Of a DNA stretch of 64,000 nucleotides, positions 57,131-64,000 are shown piece after piece. Under the pieces are notes generated by a model. It was not told the DNA's origin. It saw only the letters and a program-made list of their open reading frames with translations, and searched no databases. This DNA comes from Eledone cirrhosa. Lineage: Eukaryota. Numbering within the stretch: the stretch's first letter is position 1; the number at the start of each line of letters is the position of its first letter. The DNA lies in assembly GCA_964016885.1 (NCBI GenBank), contig OZ024749.1:54312001-54376000 (forward strand). Reading direction: 5' to 3'. The position numbers were made by a program, and so were the translations under genes.

Positions 57131-58061
57131 CGATGATTAATTAGTCTTTAATGATGTATTTCTGAAAGATTTTGATTTCCCCTTATTTCTCTTCCTTCTC
57201 TTTTCCTTTAAATTTATCTGAAGAAAACATCTTACATGAATGAGATTCATAACATTTCAACAATGTCTTCTACTAGACAATCAACTAGTCAGGGGTGGGA
57301 GGGGAACAAGTCCTTTTCCAATTTAGAAACATGGATACTATTGAAGGAGAGAATAATGTATTCCTATCCGAGAAGATTATAATAAAAGAAGGGCTCTTTC
57401 ATTGAAAGAAAATCAAATGAATTTGTGAATGATAAATGAAAAAAGGAAATTAAAATTGAAAGCCATGTTTGATATTCTTGACTCTAACGTCTCGCTTTGC
57501 AGAATACTTTCTGGAACTTGGAACTTTTCCGATCGAATCAACTCTTTAGCGAATTTGATTGATTGATCGATTTCTCACAGGAACCTTTTACAGGTTGCTG
57601 ATGGTGCAACATTGATGAAAATAAGTCTTTTGAGAAATCCGTCAGATTCGACTCCAGGGCCACTGCTCAATTCGATTCGATGCCTAAAAGCCGAACTAAT
57701 CAATCATTGCACACTCTGTTTCACTAAATAGAAATGATCACCAACTCTTTCACCAGCCACTGTAATCATACTAAGCTTTAGAACCACCTCTCCATTATGT
57801 TACCAGATGCGATCAATCAAACCGCAATGGGTCTGAATTGCATCGACAGAAAGAACTGTTCGTTGCATGTTATCAACACACATATATGGAGGCGAGACAA
57901 TGCAGCTAGTTCAGAGTCTAACAAAGAAACTTCAACGTACGCAGTCCCACTATCTGCTTCATGCAACAACTAAACAAATCTCCGACGATATCATATCACC
58001 TTTAATCCCTAAACTACGTGTATTTTCAAGTCCTAAATCTGGTGTCAACAGGCTTTATAGC

Positions 58062-58135
58062 AAGGTTTCCTAAAGTGGGTTCCGAAAAACCTCAGGGGTC
58101 TGTGAAAATGCTTGGAGGTCTGCAAGATAATGTCA
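58062..58135 (+). mobile_element. Possible hAT-type MITE end
   Basis: CAAGGTTTCCTAAAGTGGGTTCCG...CAGGGGTCTG resembles CAGGGGTTCCCAAACT-type hAT termini. No matching right end seen. Confidence 0.3.
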
Positions 58136-58249
58136 TTTAATAAAATATGATAAATATTTATTATATATCAATTCTATATATATGAATCAGTTTATATGTA
58201 TATATATACATATATAAACATTTATTTTGTCAATCAAATATATCGTTAA

Positions 58250-58392
58250 GGGCCGTTGGTTGTCAGAATCGTTAGAAGACAGAGAAAATGCGTTAAGGTG
58301 TATTTATTCCTACTCTTTACGTTCTGAGTTCAAATCCCACCCAGGTTAAATTTTCCTTTCATCCTCCTGGGTTCGATATAATAAAGTACCAC
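58250..58392 (+). mobile_element. SINE family 1, 3'-truncated
   Basis: Head and core up to AAAGTACC. Confidence 0.85.
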
Positions 58393-58602
58393 CACCGCCA
58401 GAGGGAGTTGAACTCACGTCTTTAAGATGATGAACCAACAAAACATCCTCACCACTAAACTATACACCTTCATTACTAATACGTCTACTACTACAACTAC
58501 TGTTGTAGTATTATCACAACTGATACAACTTCCAAGTAGAGAATCTAAAGACTTTTTCTATAGCAATACACAGGAGAAGATCATGATACAGGTTTAAATA
58601 AT

Positions 58603-58780
58603 TGTTTCTACTGTTGACACAAGGCCAGCAATTATGCCAGTGTATTACTGGTACTTTATTTTATCGACCCCGTAAGGATCAAAGGCAAAGTTAACCTGGA
58701 TTTGAACTCAGAAGGTAAAAACTCTATGCTGCAAAGCATGGTGTCTAACGCTCTACCGATACTGCCAATCCACCGCACAT
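58603..58780 (-). mobile_element. SINE family 1, short subfamily, with 13-bp target-site duplication
   Basis: Flanked by AGGTTTAAATAAT (58590-58602) and AGGTTGAAATAAT (58781-58793). Confidence 0.92.
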
Positions 58781-59032
58781 AGGTTGAAATAATAAAAGCT
58801 ATCAAGACCAGGTTATAGAAGGACAGAGAGTAGCTTGTCGTTGTGATTAGTTTGTGATTAGGTTATATGTCATTAACTATTACCATATTAGTATTTCACT
58901 AATAGATTATATTAGTTGCACAATAACAATATAATTATCAGTAAGGTATATAAATGTTCAACAGTCGCATGATGTATCATTAATTCTTCTAAATTCATTT
59001 TCCTAAAGTCTCCCATTTATGAATATATATAT

Positions 59033-59128
59033 ATTATAAAGAAGAGATGGTTTTATGTGTACATCCTCTGTTTATTATATCATAAACAGGGGACGTATAT
59101 ACATAAAACCATCTCTCTTATTTATAAT
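59033..59128. repeat. Imperfect palindrome
   Basis: AGAGATGGTTTTATGT...CTGTTTAT pairs with ATAAACAG...ACATAAAACCATCTCT. Confidence 0.8.
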
Positions 59129-59248
59129 GTTGACATTCCGTCTGACACCTTATTGGTAATAACGTAAGGTACTTATGTCGTGGAGTGTTTTGATTTGTTT
59201 ACACTAAAGTCGGTAGATTAATTGATCAACCAACGTTTCTTTACTTGG

Positions 59249-59290
<42 letters not shown>

Positions 59291-59293
<3 letters not shown>

Positions 59294-59558
59294 TTATTCC
59301 GGGTTGAATCGGAGGTAACCAGAGTAAGAAAGGTACTCAATACATAGCAGAGTGTAAATGTTTTAATATAGAAGAGCTTCTACAGGACTAGAACTGTTTC
59401 ATTCGTGAGAACTCATCAGGAAGCGCATCCTGATGAGTTCTCACGAATGAAACAGTTCTAGTCCTGTAGAAGCTCTTCTATATTAAAACATTTACACTCT
59501 GCTATGTATTGAGTACCTTTCTTACTCTGGTTACCTCCGATTCAACCCGGAATAACTT
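59291..59558. mobile_element. TA-embedded element family B: perfect 131-bp x2 palindrome, 6-nt spacer
   Basis: 59291-59421 is the exact reverse complement of 59428-59558. Spacer AGCGCA, (TA)n on both sides. Confidence 0.92.
59430..59466 (+). ncRNA. Hammerhead-like core (mirror copy at 59383-59419 on minus strand)
   Basis: CUGAUGA-GUUC UCAC GAAU-GAAAC. Stem I and III pairing is ambiguous because the 5' side is cut at the palindrome centre. Confidence 0.45.
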
Positions 59559-60167
59559 ATATATATATATATATATACACAATCATACGTGCCATATTTG
59601 CATACATATACAGACAAATAAAAAAAGTAACGACATTCAAGACATTCAATCGTCGACTGAAAAGACATATACACTCATTACTTGAGTGCAAGTATATATA
59701 TATATACACACCAACATATATGAACATATATAACTCACTGATATATTCCAAAATAATTGGTACACTATCATGTAGAGACATCTTATCATTATATTGTTAG
59801 TGGTTTAAAATATACGAAGAAGAATAGAAAAAAATTTCAAAGAAATATATTCATACCACAAACTTAATGTTTAAAGTTTTCATACAACCAAGATGTTTCA
59901 GAAAAAAATAACTTTTAAGATGCATCTGTTATATATATATAGCTATATATATATAGCTATATATATATAGCTATATATATATAGCTATATATAGATAGAT
60001 AGATATATATATATAAGAATACGTTTCTCAACTACATAAGGATATATATATATATTATATATGTGTGTGTGTTTTATATATATGTATTCATATATATATA
60101 TGTGTGTGAGTGTGTGTTTTATATATCATATGTAAAACATATATCTATGTTTCATAATTACATTATG

Positions 60168-61002
<835 letters not shown>

Positions 61003-61409
61003 TCCAAGAGAAAAAGAAACAGATAATGAGAGACGCGAGACAGTGTAATGGGGGAAAATATTTTATGGGGTAAAATTTGTTTGTTTCAATCGGAAGTAAG
61101 AGCTGTAGAAAAAAAATCCTTTAAGCTTTTGTTTTGAATTGATAACAATATGGAAGCGACTGGGTCAGTGATGTATTTATAGTGAAAGTGAAATAAAATC
61201 TCGTCTGGTCTGATAATTCCATTAACAAGATTTAGCAATATATTTTGTGATCAGTGGTGATTGCCAGGAGCTTACATCTACCTCTCAATATGGTGTATGC
61301 AAGTGTATACGTATGTGTGTATATATGTGTATGTGTGGATGCATTTATGTGTGAGAAGGAAAGTGAGAGAAACAGAGAGAGAAATTGATGTGTATGTTTA
61401 TATGAGTGC

Positions 61410-61456
<47 letters not shown>

Positions 61457-61540
61457 AGAATATAGTATGTGTATATGTGTTGATGTAAGCATGACTGAAT
61501 AGTCAGGAATTTCGCTTTGAAATCTTGATGTTTCGAGTAG

Positions 61541-61836
61541 TGTGTGTGGGTGTGTGATACAAAGTTTCAAGTGTGTGTGTGTGTGTGTGATACAAAGTTT
61601 CAAGGGTGTGTGTGTGTGGGTGTGTGATACAAAGTTTCAAGTGTGTGTGTGTGTGTGATACAAAGTTTCAAGGGTGTGTGTGTGGGTGTATGATACAAAT
61701 TTTCAAGTGTGTGTGTGTGGGTGTGTGATACAAAGTTTCAAGTGTGTGTGTGTGATACAAAGTTTCAAGGGTGTGTGTGTGGGTGTGTGATACAAAGTTT
61801 CAAGTGTGTGTGTGTGTGTGTGTGATACAAAGTTTC

Positions 61837-61878
<42 letters not shown>

Positions 61879-61922
61879 TACAAAGTTTCAAGGGTGTGTG
61901 TGTGTGTGTGATACAAAGTTTC

Positions 61923-61968
<46 letters not shown>

Positions 61969-62059
61969 TACAAAGTTTCAAGGGTGTGTGTGGGTGTGTG
62001 ATACAAAGTTTCAAGGGTGTGTGTGTGGGTGTGTGATACAAAGTTTCAAGGGTGTGTGT
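61541..62059. repeat. 14 x GATACAAAGTTTCAAG core separated by variable (TG)n
   Basis: Fourteen cores counted, one with a single substitution. Confidence 0.95.
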
Positions 62060-62518
62060 TTCTGATCTTCAAGATACAAATTTGTCCAGTGATTCTCTCC
62101 TGAGACATTCTAACCATTTGCCTGTAATATCGGAGTTGTGATCTCTCGGAGAAGAAGTGGCTCTATCTGGAGATAATATTGCTACTCTATTTATCGATCC
62201 CAAACGATGCAATATATTACATCAGAGTGCAACGAGCCGGAACTGTTCCATACCCTAACCACTCGGCTATGTCACCAATACATTATTATATTTATGGTTT
62301 TTCAATAGTGAACGAAATTTTGAATTTCTGTTGTGAATTATTAGTGTACTATATAGTTGTTTCAACATTCTCTAAGGTGTGTATATATATATATATACAT
62401 ACAGACACACATACACATATATATACAAACGCATTTATGTATGCATGTATGTATATATATATATACATACACACATACATACATGCATGTATATAAACAT
62501 ACTTATAAATACACACAC

Positions 62519-62571
<53 letters not shown>

Positions 62572-62899
62572 TGGTGTAAAATAAATCTATATTATTTCAA
62601 TTTATTTTTGTAAAATACACTTGATATATTTCAAATTTTTTTCCTAAAATATATTTATGTTACGTCAAATTTTTTTTTAAGAAATATATATTTAAGATTT
62701 AAATTTGGTGAAACACTTATGAGTGTTGACTTTTTTTAGTGACACATTTTATTTTATTTTATTTTTATTTGGAAGATTTATAGAAATATATTTAATTTAT
62801 TTGAACTGCAGCGAAATATATTTCACATTTAATTCTTTACTTTTATGAAAATATTTTATTTTATTTCATTTTATCCTGGAGGTTTGCTCTAAATGTATG

Positions 62900-62942
<43 letters not shown>

Positions 62943-63174
62943 ATGAAAAAGGTAGTCAGCAGAAATAACAAAGCAAACACAGTACAATGAAGAAATATAT
63001 GTTTGCATGAATGTGTGTATGTATGTGTGTATGTATGTGTGTATGTATGTGTGTATGAATGTGTGTATGAATGTGTGTATGAATGTGTGTATGTATATAT
63101 ACATATATACATGTTTGTGTGTGTACACACACACAAAGTATATGAATATATACAAAGAGAGAGAGGGGGAGGGA

Positions 63175-63316
63175 ATGTCGACTAGATCGACACCAGTATA
63201 TTACTGGTGCTTTATTTTATCGACCCCGTAAGGATGAAAGGTAAAGCTAACCTCGGCAGGATTTGAACTCAGAACTTAAAAAGCTGTAACTATGTGCCAC
63301 AAAACGTGATGTCCGA
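63175..63316 (-). mobile_element. SINE family 1
   Basis: Core and partial head in reverse orientation. Confidence 0.9.
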
Positions 63317-63320
63317 TAAG

Positions 63321-63459
63321 ATTGCTGTTGGGGTCTTGGGGCCAGTCTCAAAATATATTGAGAGGGACATAAAGACAATAGAATGTCCAGTTGAGACTAT
63401 TGGAAAACATTTGTCTCCTTGACACGGCCGGCATTATCAGGAAAATATTAGATTATTAA
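63321..63459 (+). pseudogene. C-terminus of an RLE-type (R4/Dong-like) non-LTR retrotransposon ORF
   Basis: IAVGVLGPVSKYIERDIKTI, then after a frameshift LLENICLLDTAGIIRKILDY-stop. This resembles the P.vvGaLG.v...lQk..LLgTariiRkvL terminus. Confidence 0.65.
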
Positions 63460-63473
63460 AAAGAACAAATATG

Positions 63474-63578
63474 TGTTTCTACTTTTAGCACAAGACCAGC
63501 AATCATCCCAGTGTATTACTGGTACTTTATTTTATCGACCCCGTAAGGATAAAAGGCAAAGTTAACCTCGACGGGATA
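63474..63578 (-). mobile_element. SINE family 1, short subfamily 3' half
   Basis: Reverse core and tail. Sits directly after the LINE stop codon. Confidence 0.88.
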
Positions 63579-63900
63579 TTATGGTACCATAAGCTGCAGG
63601 TAGCAAGACCAATACTCCTGCAAGAATCTAGGAGTTCTAAGAAAATATGAGATAAAGAAAAAGTGTTTCATTGTTATTGCTACAAAGGTGACGAACGAGG
63701 AGAATACGACAATATAAACATTGGAATGTACTTTGTATTTATAGCCACGAAACCTTTTACTAATGCAAAAATGAGTCAAACTATTAATACAAATATATAT
63801 ATATACATGTGTGTGTACGTGTGTGTGTACATGCGTGTATTTAATGTACATGTGTGAGCTCGTGTGCGCGCATGAATGGGTGAATATGTATGTGTGCCTA

Positions 63901-63965
<65 letters not shown>

Positions 63966-64000
63966 TTATATTTATATATATATATATATGCATTATGATA

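Noticed and set aside
61541-62059. Repeat-spacer pattern resembling CRISPR
   Set aside because: The spacers are only (TG)n, the repeat is 16 bp, and there are no cas genes.

Overview
AT-rich, microsatellite-saturated eukaryotic DNA, intergenic or from a giant intron. The dominant SINE family and the (TA)n/(TG)n load suggest an octopus/cephalopod genome (inference from recalled repeat sequences). I found no credible host protein-coding gene, although short exons cannot be excluded by eye, and nearly all ORF-track entries are translations of simple repeats. The window holds about 25 copies or fragments of one tRNA-type SINE, a few other SINEs, mariner- and pogo-like MITE remnants, and three dead non-LTR retrotransposon coding fragments (RTE-like RT, CRE-like endonuclease, R4/Dong-like C-terminus). 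It also holds a 43 x 42-bp minisatellite that appears to derive from a SINE head. The most notable signal is a set of short non-coding islands inserted into (TA)n tracts. They carry type I hammerhead ribozyme folds: a complete one at 25457-25543 (-), a mirror pair at 33699-33765 and 34288-34354, a minimal one at 28170-28208, and degenerate ones at ~2251, ~33437 and ~59430. Several islands share an 'inverted copy + direct copy + tail' architecture typical of Penelope-like retroelements. A diverged inverted pair of octamer/TAAT-rich segments (34876-35019 and 35915-36085) is a candidate duplicated enhancer.
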